Below the pieces are notes generated by a model. It saw only the letters and a list, made by a program, of their open reading frames with translations, had not been told where the DNA came from and ran no database searches. From Candidatus Poribacteria bacterium (lineage in GTDB: Bacteria > Poribacteria > WGA-4E > GCA-2687025): DNA of 64,000 bases. Location: assembly GCA_963665845.2 (NCBI GenBank), contig OY762492.1, positions 896,001 through 960,000 on the forward strand, written 5' to 3'. Position numbers and translations under genes: made by a program. Shown one piece after another: positions 18,747-28,162 of this stretch (within the stretch, counting starts at the first letter, position 1; each line of letters starts with the position of its first letter).

Positions 18747-20180
18747 TTAGACAAGTATCTCGCTCACGACCCGACCATGAACGTCGGTCAACCGAAAATC
18801 GCGCCCTTGGAACCGGTACACCAGCTTTTCATGGTTGATGCCAAACAGATGCAGCATCGTCGCATGAAAATCATGCACATGTACAACGTCTTTGACGGCG
18901 TTGTAGCCAAGCTCGTCCGTTCCGCCGTAGGAAACGCCCCCTTGAACGCCGCCGCCCGCCATCCACATGGAGAAACCCTTGATGTGATGGTCGCGCCCTG
19001 AGCCTTGCGCCATCGGCGTTCGCCCGAATTCGCCGCCCCAGACAACCAGCGTGTCCTCCAGCATCCCGCGCTGCTTCAGGTCGTTCACCAACGCCGCGGA
19101 CGCCTTGTCGACCAGCTTTGCCGACGTCAAAATCCCCTGCTTGATGCCGCCATGATGATCCCAGCCGCGGTGATAAAGCTGAATGAACCGCACCCCCCGC
19201 TCCGCCAGACGACGCGCAAACAGGCAGTTGGACGCAAACGACCCGTCCCCAGGCTTCGCGCCGTACATGTCCAAAACATGCTGCGGCTCATCCGACATAT
19301 CCATCAGCTCTGGGACGCTCGTCTGCATGCGGAACGCCATCTCATACTGCTGAATGCGCGCCGCGATGGAGGGATCGTCCACCGCGTCCCCAAGCATCGC
19401 GTTCAGCCGCTGCGACGCCTCAACAATGTCTCCCTGCCGCTCCATTCCGACGCCGTTCGGACTGTTCACATAATAGACAGGATCGCCCGTTGAGTTCAGC
19501 TGAACGCCCTGAAACTGCCCCGGCAAAAAGCCGCTGTGCCACTGGCGCGTCGCGATGGGCTGATCTTGCCCGCCGCCCGCCGAGATCAACACCACGAAGC
19601 CGGGCAGATTCTCCGACTCGCTGCCCAGTCCGTAAAGCAGCCAGGAACCCATGCTCGGACGCCCCGCAATCACCGACCCGGTGTTCATGAACGTATGCGC
19701 CGGGTCATGGTTGATCTGCTCCGTCACCATGGAGCGCACAATGCAGATGTCGTCCGCAATCTGGGCGATATGCGGGAAGGCGTCGCTGATCTGCTGCCCC
19801 GATTCGCCGTGCCGCTGAAAGCCATGCTGCGGCGCCAAGCAGGTCAACGCGCGCCCCTGAAGCTGCGCAATCGGCTGCCCCTTCGTGAACGACTCCGGCA
19901 TCGGCTTGCCGTTCATTTCGCCCAGCTTCGGCTTGTAATCGTAGGTCTCCAGATGGGACGGGCCGCCCGCCATGCAGAGATGAATGATCCGCTTCGCCTT
20001 CGGCGCTACATGCGGCTCTGTTATGACGCCGCGCCAGCGCTCCGCCGTTGATGCCGCCTGCGCCGTTGAACCATGCCGCAGAAGCGAGCCGAGCGCCAGC
20101 GAACCCATCCCTGTCAAGGTGCGTCCCAAAAATGTTCTGCGCGTCAAAGAATCTCGAACCCGTTTGTCCAGTTTTTGCAT
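18747..20180 (-). CDS. DUF1501 domain protein (Tat substrate)
   Basis: TRRTFL twin-arginine motif; AKRIIHLCMAGGPSHLETYDYKP, ERGVRFIQL, WGGEFGRTP, GRDHH, GRDFRLTDV. Confidence 0.92.
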   Translation of the reverse strand: MQKLDKRVRDSLTRRTFLGRTLTGMGSLALGSLLRHGSTAQAASTAERWRGVITEPHVAPKAKRIIHLCMAGGPSHLETYDYKPKLGEMNGKPMPESFTKGQPIAQLQGRALTCLAPQHGFQRHGESGQQISDAFPHIAQIADDICIVRSMVTEQINHDPAHTFMNTGSVIAGRPSMGSWLLYGLGSESENLPGFVVLISAGGGQDQPIATRQWHSGFLPGQFQGVQLNSTGDPVYYVNSPNGVGMERQGDIVEASQRLNAMLGDAVDDPSIAARIQQYEMAFRMQTSVPELMDMSDEPQHVLDMYGAKPGDGSFASNCLFARRLAERGVRFIQLYHRGWDHHGGIKQGILTSAKLVDKASAALVNDLKQRGMLEDTLVVWGGEFGRTPMAQGSGRDHHIKGFSMWMAGGGVQGGVSYGGTDELGYNAVKDVVHVHDFHATMLHLFGINHEKLVYRFQGRDFRLTDVHGRVVSEILV

Positions 20181-20181
20181 G

Positions 20182-23100
20182 TCAATACCTCGTGATCGTT
20201 TCGTGTAAATTCAACAAGACCCGCGCAACCGACGTCCAAGCCGCCAGCTCAACAGCGTTCAAACCTTCAGGCGCGCCGGACGCGCCGACCGCCGCCAGCG
20301 CTTTCGCCCCTTCCGCGTCTTCAGCATACGACGCGGCATGCTTCGCGTAAAGCGACGACATGACCGCCGTCTCTTCAGCGGTCGGCGCGCGGGAAAGCGC
20401 CTGACGATACGCCCACGCGATGCGCGCCTCCGGCGTCTCCGCCTCATAACGCATGATGCGCGCCGCAAACCCCTTCGCCGCCTCCACATAGGTCGGGTCA
20501 TTTAACAGAACCAGCGCCTGCGTCGGCGTGTTGGAACGGGAACGCTGCGCCGCGCATTCCTGACGGCTCGGCGCGTCGAACGCCGTCATGCTTGGATGCG
20601 GGAAAGTGCGCTGCCAGTGCGTGTACAGCCCGCGCCGATACTGATTCTCATCCGCGTCATGCGCATAGGTACGTTTTGGGAAATTCAGGTTGGAGTAGTA
20701 TCCTTTCGGCTGATACGGGCGCGCGCTCGGTCCGCCGATTTTAGTTGACAACAAGCCGCTCAAGAAAAGCGCGTTGTCGCGTATCATCTCCGCGTCCAAT
20801 CGGCGCGCCGACTGACGCGCAAGGAGGCGGTTGTAAGGGTCTCTCTCGCGCAGCGCTTCCTCTTCGCGCGACGACTGCCGATACGCGCTGGAGGTCGCCA
20901 TCAGCCGAACGATATGTTTCACGTTCCAGCCGCTGTCCATGAACTCAACGGCGAGCCAGTCAAGCAGCTCGGCGTTGGCGGGCGGTTCTCCCTGCGCGCC
21001 GAGATCGTCCAGAACGCGCGACAGCCCCTCGCCGAAGAAGACCGCCCAGAGGCGGTTCACAAACGCGCGCGCCGTCATCGGATTGTCGCGCGACACAATC
21101 CAGTTTGCCAAATCCAAACGGGTCGCCCGGCGCAGATTGACGCCCCGCATTCCCGGCAAAAAGGTCGGCGTGTTCGGATACACCACTTCGCCCGCGTCGT
21201 CCTGCCAGTCGCCGCGGTCCAGGATGCGCATAATGCGCGGCGGACCCGAAACGGTCGTGATGCAAAACGCGACATCCTTCGACGCGTCGGCGCGCCGCTT
21301 GCGCAGCGCATCCAGCTCCGAACGAATGAGAGACAGCTCCGGCGCAATGGAGCGGTAGTAAGCGTCCAGCGTCTCCTCCTGCGCCGCTGTCCGAACGGCG
21401 AGCGGAGCCGACAACGCCTTCAACGTATTGTCAGGTATGCCTTGACGGGCGATCTGCCCCTCGGTCGTCTGGACGCCGGTCTCGTCCCAGTACGCCGTTC
21501 CGCCAACCTGCGTGAACGCCATCCCGTTCACCTCGACGCCGGGTTTCAAGCCGACCGCTTCGGCAGGCGCTTCCAGACGAACCCACTCGCCGAGAGCCGG
21601 CAACGGTCCCATAGCGCGATGCGCGGGCGTGTCGGTTCCGATCCCGCCGTACTCGATCACATCCTCGCCCCAAAACGCGCGGCTCTCCCAGCCCTTCGTG
21701 TGAAACTGAAGCATCACGGCGGCAGGCGGATTTTCAGGATCCAGCCATATATAAACGTAAAACGAGTCGCCCTTGCCGACCTTCACCTTGCGGGACGCCT
21801 CTTTGAAGAGATGCTGCGTCAATTGCCCTGTCTCCGCCGTCTGCTTCCATGAACTGGCGCCGCGGAAGACCTGCCCCTCTTCAGCGTTGACCGCTGTCCA
21901 GCCGCCTTCGGTCTTGCCGCCAACGTCCAGTTTGTCGTCGATCCAGACCCAGTCGATGCGTTTGTCGGAGGCGAGGCGGGCTTGTGTTTCCGCCTCCCAT
22001 TCCGCTCTTTGCGTCAACAGTTCGGGTCGGTCTTCGTCGTAGAGCTCTTGAAAACGTTGGATCTCCGCATCGATTTCTGCCAGCGCCTTTGCCTGCTCCT
22101 CCGTCGGCAGATCGATGATCGGCTCCCATTTGCTGCGCCCGCGGTACACGCCGCGCTCCTCAATGTCCGCAAAAAACGCCGCGAAGCTGTAAAAATCCTT
22201 CGCGGTGTACGGATCAAATTTATGGTCATGGCACTGGGCGCAGCCGACCGTCGCGCCCATCCATACGGTCGACACGGCGCGAACGCGGTCCGCCGCGTAG
22301 ATGGCATGGTACTCCTTCGCCTGCGCGCCCCCTTCCGCCGTCGTCTGATTCAGGCGGTTGAACGCGGACGCGACCCGCTGTTCAACCGTCGCATTCGGCA
22401 GCAGGTCGCCCGCTAAGTTTTCCCGCGTGAAACGGTCATACGGCATGTTCTCGTTGAACGCGCGAATCACATAATCGCGGTAGGGCCAAACGCTCACATT
22501 CTCATCCGAATGGTAGCCCGACGTGTCCGCATACCGCACAAGGTCTAGCCAGTGCGTCGCCATCCGCTCGCCGTAGGCGCTCTTGCTCATGAAATGATCA
22601 ACCAGCGCCTCGTAAGCGTTTGGGCGCGCGTCGTTCATAAAAGCGCCCGTCTCTTCAGGCGTCGGCGGAAGCCCCGTCAGATCGAACGCGAGACGGCGAA
22701 TCAACGCGCGCTTCTCCGCCTCTGTGGACGGCTGAAGCCCCTCCGCCTCCAGACGCGCCAAGACGAACCGATCGATCGGATTCGACGCCCAGCTCTCGTT
22801 TTGAACCTGCGGCTGCGCGGGCCGCTTCGGCGGAACATACGCCCAATGCTCTTCCCAGACGGCGCCTTGACGCACCCACTCCGTTAGCGTATCGATCTGC
22901 TCAGACGTGATCGGACGGGGCGCATGCGGCGGCGGCATGCGGAAGTCGGGATCGTCGCTCCTTAGCCGTTGTACGAGAACGCTGTTGTCAGGGTCGCCGG
23001 GGAGAATGACCGCGTAGCCGTTCGTTTCGGCGAAGGCTCCCTCCTTGGTGTCTAGACGCAGCCCCGCCATGCGCTGATTCGCGTCGGGGCCATGGCATGC

Positions 23101-23229
23101 GTAGCATTTATCCGAAAGAATCGGGCGAACGTCGTTGATAAAACTAACGGGGTCTGTTTCCGCCGCTGTGAGAACGCGCGGCGCCATACAACACGCCGCC
23201 AATATAAAGAGCGTCAATCGATGCTTCAT
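20182..23229 (-). CDS. PSD1 / planctomycete cytochrome c protein (DUF1549 + DUF1553)
   Basis: Signal peptide; CYACHGPD; DLTGLPPT; WLDLVRYAD; CAQCHDHKFDP; NTPTQALVLLN. Confidence 0.92.
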   Translation of the reverse strand: MKHRLTLFILAACCMAPRVLTAAETDPVSFINDVRPILSDKCYACHGPDANQRMAGLRLDTKEGAFAETNGYAVILPGDPDNSVLVQRLRSDDPDFRMPPPHAPRPITSEQIDTLTEWVRQGAVWEEHWAYVPPKRPAQPQVQNESWASNPIDRFVLARLEAEGLQPSTEAEKRALIRRLAFDLTGLPPTPEETGAFMNDARPNAYEALVDHFMSKSAYGERMATHWLDLVRYADTSGYHSDENVSVWPYRDYVIRAFNENMPYDRFTRENLAGDLLPNATVEQRVASAFNRLNQTTAEGGAQAKEYHAIYAADRVRAVSTVWMGATVGCAQCHDHKFDPYTAKDFYSFAAFFADIEERGVYRGRSKWEPIIDLPTEEQAKALAEIDAEIQRFQELYDEDRPELLTQRAEWEAETQARLASDKRIDWVWIDDKLDVGGKTEGGWTAVNAEEGQVFRGASSWKQTAETGQLTQHLFKEASRKVKVGKGDSFYVYIWLDPENPPAAVMLQFHTKGWESRAFWGEDVIEYGGIGTDTPAHRAMGPLPALGEWVRLEAPAEAVGLKPGVEVNGMAFTQVGGTAYWDETGVQTTEGQIARQGIPDNTLKALSAPLAVRTAAQEETLDAYYRSIAPELSLIRSELDALRKRRADASKDVAFCITTVSGPPRIMRILDRGDWQDDAGEVVYPNTPTFLPGMRGVNLRRATRLDLANWIVSRDNPMTARAFVNRLWAVFFGEGLSRVLDDLGAQGEPPANAELLDWLAVEFMDSGWNVKHIVRLMATSSAYRQSSREEEALRERDPYNRLLARQSARRLDAEMIRDNALFLSGLLSTKIGGPSARPYQPKGYYSNLNFPKRTYAHDADENQYRRGLYTHWQRTFPHPSMTAFDAPSRQECAAQRSRSNTPTQALVLLNDPTYVEAAKGFAARIMRYEAETPEARIAWAYRQALSRAPTAEETAVMSSLYAKHAASYAEDAEGAKALAAVGASGAPEGLNAVELAAWTSVARVLLNLHETITRY

Positions 23230-23337
23230 CGCCGCCTACCTGAATGAGTCCTGCCTTGAATGATGATGCGCAGATTTTAAAGAAAAACCGAATGAAAGGC
23301 AAGCGCTGGTTTTTTGATCGGGAGGCGCCCCTTTTAA

Positions 23338-23361
23338 GATTCCCGCTTGCGCGGGGATGAC
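23338..23361. repeat. REP-like palindrome
   Basis: GATTCCCGCTTGCGCGGGGATGAC. Confidence 0.7.
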
Positions 23362-23415
23362 GCAACATACAGCTCTGAAATGACGCAATAACGCGGACGG
23401 GAGAACAGGCGCGGC

Positions 23416-24444
23416 TTACCGCCTAGAGCGGCGCCGATTGTCGATATGGTTGATAAGATACGGGAACGGGTCAATCTGAACGCCGTTTCTCATAATCTCA
23501 AAATGAAGATGGTCGCCTGTGGAACGCCCTGTGTTGCCGACATATCCGATCACCTGATTCCGCTTCACCTCGGACCCGACCTTCAAACCGTCCGCAAACG
23601 GCTTCTTGGCGTTCAAATGCCCGTACACGGTGGAATAGGAGCCGTTGTGCCGAATGACGATATAGTTGCCGAGACCCTTGCGGCTTCCGCTCTTTGCGGT
23701 ATACATCTGCCGAACGACGCCATGCGCCGCTGCGATGACAGGCGTCCCGCCCGCCGCCGCCAGATCGATTCCCGCATGATGCTCATATTTTTCGGTGATG
23801 GGGCTGAGGCGCCGTCCAAAGTGGGATGAAATGATATATTTCCTGCCTTGGCTCGTGTCAATCGGAACGACGCTCGGCGTCGCTCTCAACACATCCAACT
23901 TAGAGCGCGTCATCTCCTCTAAGCCATGCAGCCCGCCGCGCAGCTGGTCTGCCCATTCAAACATCCACACAATCAGCCCGTCGATCTCTTCAGGCGGAGC
24001 CGACATGCCAGCCGTGTACGGTTCAGGGAACGCGTCAATCTCCCCATTTTCAACATTGCCGGTTGAGGACAGCGCATCCTCCAAAGGACCGCCGCCCAGC
24101 GGCAGCCCGCCGACGCCAACCGCCGCCGGCCCCTCGGTCATCGGCAAGCCTAGCACCTGCTCAACGTCGTTCAGAACCTGCTGTATGGAATCGAGCTCTT
24201 TCCGCATGCCGTCGTAGTTTTCGTTCATGGCGGCGTTTTCTTCTATCAGAAGCGCGTTCTGCTCCTGTATCTCGCGCGTGTCGCTGTATAAGCCGAACAC
24301 ATACGAAGCCGCCATGACCGCGCCCCCAAATGCGCATGCCAGAAGCAGCCCAACGCCCCAAAGTTGCCATGCGCCCAACGAAAACTTACGCGCGCGGCGG
24401 GAGCCGGTGGATGTCAAAAGAACGGTGAACGATTTATTGGTCAC
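23416..24444 (-). CDS. M23 family metallopeptidase with N-terminal TM helix and coiled coil
   Basis: HAGIDLAA, YGHL, GNTGRSTGDHLHFEI. Confidence 0.92.
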   Translation of the reverse strand: MTNKSFTVLLTSTGSRRARKFSLGAWQLWGVGLLLACAFGGAVMAASYVFGLYSDTREIQEQNALLIEENAAMNENYDGMRKELDSIQQVLNDVEQVLGLPMTEGPAAVGVGGLPLGGGPLEDALSSTGNVENGEIDAFPEPYTAGMSAPPEEIDGLIVWMFEWADQLRGGLHGLEEMTRSKLDVLRATPSVVPIDTSQGRKYIISSHFGRRLSPITEKYEHHAGIDLAAAGGTPVIAAAHGVVRQMYTAKSGSRKGLGNYIVIRHNGSYSTVYGHLNAKKPFADGLKVGSEVKRNQVIGYVGNTGRSTGDHLHFEIMRNGVQIDPFPYLINHIDNRRRSRR

Positions 24445-24733
24445 GAGAATCTCTATTCCTGTCTATCGAAATGCCCTCAACGCGCTGCAGCCCATGCGTT
24501 TTATTTTACCCTACTTGCCCGACAATGCAACCCTTTCGACTAAAAAAATACGCTCCGCCTGCCGGACCGACGACGACACGCAGGCGGAAATCTACAGTAA
24601 ACGCCGAACCTGTCCGCGTTCCTCCGCCGATACGCCCCAACTCAAGCGGCAGCGTCAGAAATTCCGCCTTTACTTTCATGCTCAAAAGACGCATGATTCC
24701 TAATCCGTTAACGTCAACGACGAAAGACGCAGC

Positions 24734-25216
24734 ATGAACCCCGCCCAGCTTCGACCGCGGTCCCAGGCGCGCTATTATGCGTTTGTCGCGCTTTATCAGT
24801 TTTCTGCCCTCCATGAAAAACCCGAAGCGCTGCTGAAGCGAATCTGGCGCACCGAGGACGGACAAACCGCCGTCGCGCATGTGCGGGAGTTTGCTGAAAA
24901 ACTGGCGGCGGTCGCGTCCATGCGCCTGCCGAACATCGATCGACTCTTAGAAAAAACCGCGCCCCAAAGAGAGCTCCACCGCATACCGCTGGTTGACCTG
25001 GCGCTGCTGCGGCTCGGAGCCGCGGAGCTTTTATACATCGCCGATGTGCCGGCGGCGGTCGCGATCAACGAGATGGTGGAACTGGCAAAGCGGTACAGCG
25101 GAGAAAAATCGAGCGCCTTTATCAACGCGGCGCTGCACAAAATGCAGTTTGAACGGGAAGCCATCCCGCCTTGCGAGCTGGTCGTAAGCGGATGGGATAT
25201 GTCCGCCTCAGAATAA
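24734..25216 (+). CDS. nusB: Transcription antitermination factor NusB
   Basis: RSQARYYAFVALYQ, VDLALLRLG, VAINEMVELAKRYS, FINAAL. Confidence 0.92.
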   Translation: MNPAQLRPRSQARYYAFVALYQFSALHEKPEALLKRIWRTEDGQTAVAHVREFAEKLAAVASMRLPNIDRLLEKTAPQRELHRIPLVDLALLRLGAAELLYIADVPAAVAINEMVELAKRYSGEKSSAFINAALHKMQFEREAIPPCELVVSGWDMSASE

Positions 25217-25287
25217 ACCACGCGCCTGTCCTTCGCCTAAAACGCCTACATTGCGTGAACGCCGCAAACAGCGGCGGAGTTTCATAT

Positions 25288-26085
25288 TTATGATCCATCG
25301 GCGCGAAGAAACTCGCCCGGGATGCGCGAGCCTTGATACCGCGCGTCCGCCGGACGCCCGGCGATCTCCTGCGGAATCGGACCTTCCCAGTGCGCAGGCG
25401 CCCCGAACGGACGGCTGTGCCACGCCAAAACAAGCGTGCGCCGAACATCGGTCTGGTTGCGGTAGGTTGAGTGAAGAAGCCGCGCGTCCGCAATCGTCAA
25501 CGACCCCGCTTTCACCGCCACATCCGCCTGATCAGGATGATCGGAGAACATGATCGGATGCGTCTCCTCCACAAAACGCGCCCCCTGCTCATGCGCAGGA
25601 ACCAGCTGGTCATGCAGATCGATGCGCCGCAGATGCGTCCCCGGTATCACCTTCAAACAGCCGTTCTCAATGGAGGTGTCCTGGAGATAATAGGAGAGAA
25701 ACACGATCTGCGGCCACGGCGAGAGCGAATACGGATCGTTCCACTGCATCCAGTCCTGATGCCAGTACAACGCCGGTTCATCGGGGTCTTTGGTGAGAAG
25801 AATCACGGAGCCGCTGCTTCTAAAATCGCCGTAGCCGATCTCATCCAGAGCCTGTCGGGAGGCGGGCCATTCCAGCAGGCGCTGAATGACCGCGTTGTTC
25901 TCCCCCCGTTCAACGACATGCTGCCCCTGGTACTTGAAGTCGATGGCGGGAACATGCCCGTCCATCATCCGCTCCGTTTCCTCCCGCATCTCCTCTAGAA
26001 ACTCGCCGCTCAAAATGTTGTCGATCACGCAGAATCCGTCCCGCTCCAGCTGCGCTCGTTTTTTCAACGCCTCTTCCTGTGTCAT
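25288..26085 (-). CDS. Phytanoyl-CoA dioxygenase (PhyH) family Fe(II)/2OG enzyme
   Basis: RDGFCVI, WHQDW, NGCLKVIPGTH, LLHS; ATG after AAGGAGAG. Confidence 0.88.
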   Translation of the reverse strand: MTQEEALKKRAQLERDGFCVIDNILSGEFLEEMREETERMMDGHVPAIDFKYQGQHVVERGENNAVIQRLLEWPASRQALDEIGYGDFRSSGSVILLTKDPDEPALYWHQDWMQWNDPYSLSPWPQIVFLSYYLQDTSIENGCLKVIPGTHLRRIDLHDQLVPAHEQGARFVEETHPIMFSDHPDQADVAVKAGSLTIADARLLHSTYRNQTDVRRTLVLAWHSRPFGAPAHWEGPIPQEIAGRPADARYQGSRIPGEFLRADGS

Positions 26086-26161
26086 CGCCCTCTCCTTATT
26101 AAGTACTGCCGGTCTAGAAGTGTATGCGAATCGCCCGTTTTGAACAAGCGCCCGCCGGTCC

Positions 26162-26570
26162 GTCATTCCCGCGCAAGCGGAAATTCAGAGTCCAACCCGA
26201 AACCGTCCGCGCCGGCAATCGTCATTCCCGCGCAAGCGGGAATCTTAAGGCATCGCAGCCGCCGCGCGGCTAAAACCCCCCCAGCCCCCCTTTTCAAGGG
26301 GGGAGTCCAAAACCCCGCGCCCTACCCGCCGTCATTGGGCTACTCGTTCCCCGCTTCCGCGAGGACATGCATTCCCGCGTAAGCGGGAATCCAGAGGCCA
26401 GCCCGAAACCGTCCGCGCCGGCAATCGTCATTCCCGCGCAAGCGGGAATCTTAAGGCTTTGCGCCCGTCCTTTAAAACCCCCCTAGCCCCCCTTTTCAAG
26501 GGGGAATCGGACGCGGCGCCGCGAATATCCCTGTATGAGCATACTGCCGGTCGCCCGTTCTCCTTGACGC
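26162..26570. repeat. BIME-like array: four REP-like palindromes and two poly-C/poly-G hairpins
   Basis: REP at 26162, 26221, ~26370 and 26427; CCCCCC(C/T)AGCCCCC(C)TTTTCAAGGGGG at ~26275 and ~26478; shared linker CCCGAAACCGTCCGCGCCGGCAATC. Confidence 0.85.
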
Positions 26571-26593
26571 TCCCGCTGACGGCGTTATATAAT
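26564..26593 (+). promoter_or_regulatory. sigma70-type promoter (TTGACG-18-TATAAT)
   Basis: Perfect -10, near-perfect -35. Confidence 0.7.
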
Positions 26594-26700
26594 GTATGCG
26601 GCGGCGTCAAACAACGGTCCGAACGCGATTCACCCAAACAAAACGCGGCAATGAAAGGAGATACGGCAACCATGCATCGACAACAGGGCGCGGAGACCCG

Positions 26701-27735
26701 ATGATCAATTCAGCCGCTCAAAAGGTTTTGTCCAAACTTGGCCGTATCAAAGAAAAGAACGGACTATTCAGATTCGAAAACCCGTATGAGATCGCGCTGC
26801 AGGCGCACCGCTTTCAATGGACGCTTCGCCTTGAAGGTTTAAGTCTGTCGCGGTACGCCTCCCGTCCAAAAATACATGGGCGAACGTTCATTACAGCGCT
26901 GGGGCCGGAGGGACGCGCTCAAAACACAGAGCGCCCGCCCCTCGGATCGGAACCTGCCGGGTGGGCGAAGAACGCCGTAAGCCTTGTTGAAGAGATGGGC
27001 GGACGCCAGCTTTTGGCGCCGTCGCTGTTCGCCGCCTCATTAAGAGAACTCGCGGCGCTGCCCGACTTTCTCGACAACCATGCCGCTCAACTGATAGAGG
27101 AGCCGTGGCGCTCCGATACGTTTGCCATCGGCGAAGACCACCCAGAATGTCTGGGCGTCCGTATTCAGACGTTCCATAGCTTAGGCGTTGTAACGGCGGA
27201 GGAGGGATGCTTTGAAATCGAGATCAAAACGGCTCTGTCGCCGGACGTTGATCCGCTTCAGGTCATCGTCGCCGGGCGCGTCAATATCAGCGAATGCGCC
27301 GCGTTCGGAAAGCAGTTGCGCATTTTTGTGAACGCATGCCGCCCCGTAGTCTTGGCGTGCCGCGTCGCCGAATTTAAACGGCTTTATCCAGGCAAGGTAC
27401 CGTCCGATCTGGACGGCGAGCAGCAAGAGCGCGTCAGGGAACACGTTCGATATATGATTCAGAAATACGGCGCGCTTCTGCGGGGCTGGAGCGGAAGAAT
27501 CTGCAGGAAATGGGAGGAGGCGCGTTTTGCAAGAGGCTCCGGGTTTTGTCATCAATGGAAAGAATCCATCGCCCGCTGCGAAATGGGCGAAGATGTTAAG
27601 ATCGTCTCTCCGCCCTCCTATCTTGACGACGCCGAATTTCTTGGCGGGGGCGTCTTGCCGCAGGTGGAATTTGAACCGCTCCCGCCCGAAGAAACGGATG
27701 AACATCAAGAGAAAGGCGGCCAGAATGGCGATTGA
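26701..27735 (+). CDS. Hypothetical protein
   Basis: 344-aa ORF with GGAG RBS, downstream of a strong promoter; no recognised motifs. Confidence 0.65.
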   Translation: MINSAAQKVLSKLGRIKEKNGLFRFENPYEIALQAHRFQWTLRLEGLSLSRYASRPKIHGRTFITALGPEGRAQNTERPPLGSEPAGWAKNAVSLVEEMGGRQLLAPSLFAASLRELAALPDFLDNHAAQLIEEPWRSDTFAIGEDHPECLGVRIQTFHSLGVVTAEEGCFEIEIKTALSPDVDPLQVIVAGRVNISECAAFGKQLRIFVNACRPVVLACRVAEFKRLYPGKVPSDLDGEQQERVREHVRYMIQKYGALLRGWSGRICRKWEEARFARGSGFCHQWKESIARCEMGEDVKIVSPPSYLDDAEFLGGGVLPQVEFEPLPPEETDEHQEKGGQNGD

Positions 27736-28102
27736 ACAGCTGACGCATGACGAAAAGAAGATCGTGTTCGCCTGCATCTGCGCAGTCGCCAAAGGTCCCT
27801 TTTTTCCTCCTGGGGACTATAGCTCTCGATTAGGCATCGAGAGAGACGCGCTCTTCCAACTGATCGCTCACTTTTCAACGATCGACGACAATGACCCTGA
27901 TTCGCCCGCCGCGCGCGTCATCAACAACTCGATGAACGAGGTCTGCCATGGCGTCCGCATTTCGCCTGCCGATTGGCAAACATGGTTCGATGTCGATAAA
28001 GACGCCGTCCGGAAGTTGTTCAAGAAATGGCGTCAGCTGCAAGACTGGGATCCGAAGGGAGAGAACAGGACGTCCAGCCCCTACTTCAACCGCTTGCGCT
28101 GA
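27725..28102 (+). CDS. Small helical hypothetical protein (possibly immunity-like)
   Basis: ATG 27725 after GAAAGG, overlaps the upstream stop; MAIEQLTHDEKKIVFAC...INNSMNEVCHG. Confidence 0.65.
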   Translation: MAIEQLTHDEKKIVFACICAVAKGPFFPPGDYSSRLGIERDALFQLIAHFSTIDDNDPDSPAARVINNSMNEVCHGVRISPADWQTWFDVDKDAVRKLFKKWRQLQDWDPKGENRTSSPYFNRLR

Positions 28103-28162
28103 ATCGGCGCCCTTGTGATACAATAGCAGGCGGCGCGGCGCACACTCAACAGGGAACAACGC

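Noticed and set aside
24445-24733. ncRNA in the M23-nusB divergent intergenic region (hairpin TCCGCCTG...CAGGCGGA)
   Set aside because: A single hairpin with no recognisable riboswitch or sRNA consensus; insufficient support
26162-26505. Regularly spaced palindromic repeats resembling a CRISPR array (also 38844-39045)
   Set aside because: Spacers are homologous to each other and to other loci, spacing is irregular, single copies are dispersed across the window, and there are no cas genes; this is a REP/BIME pattern
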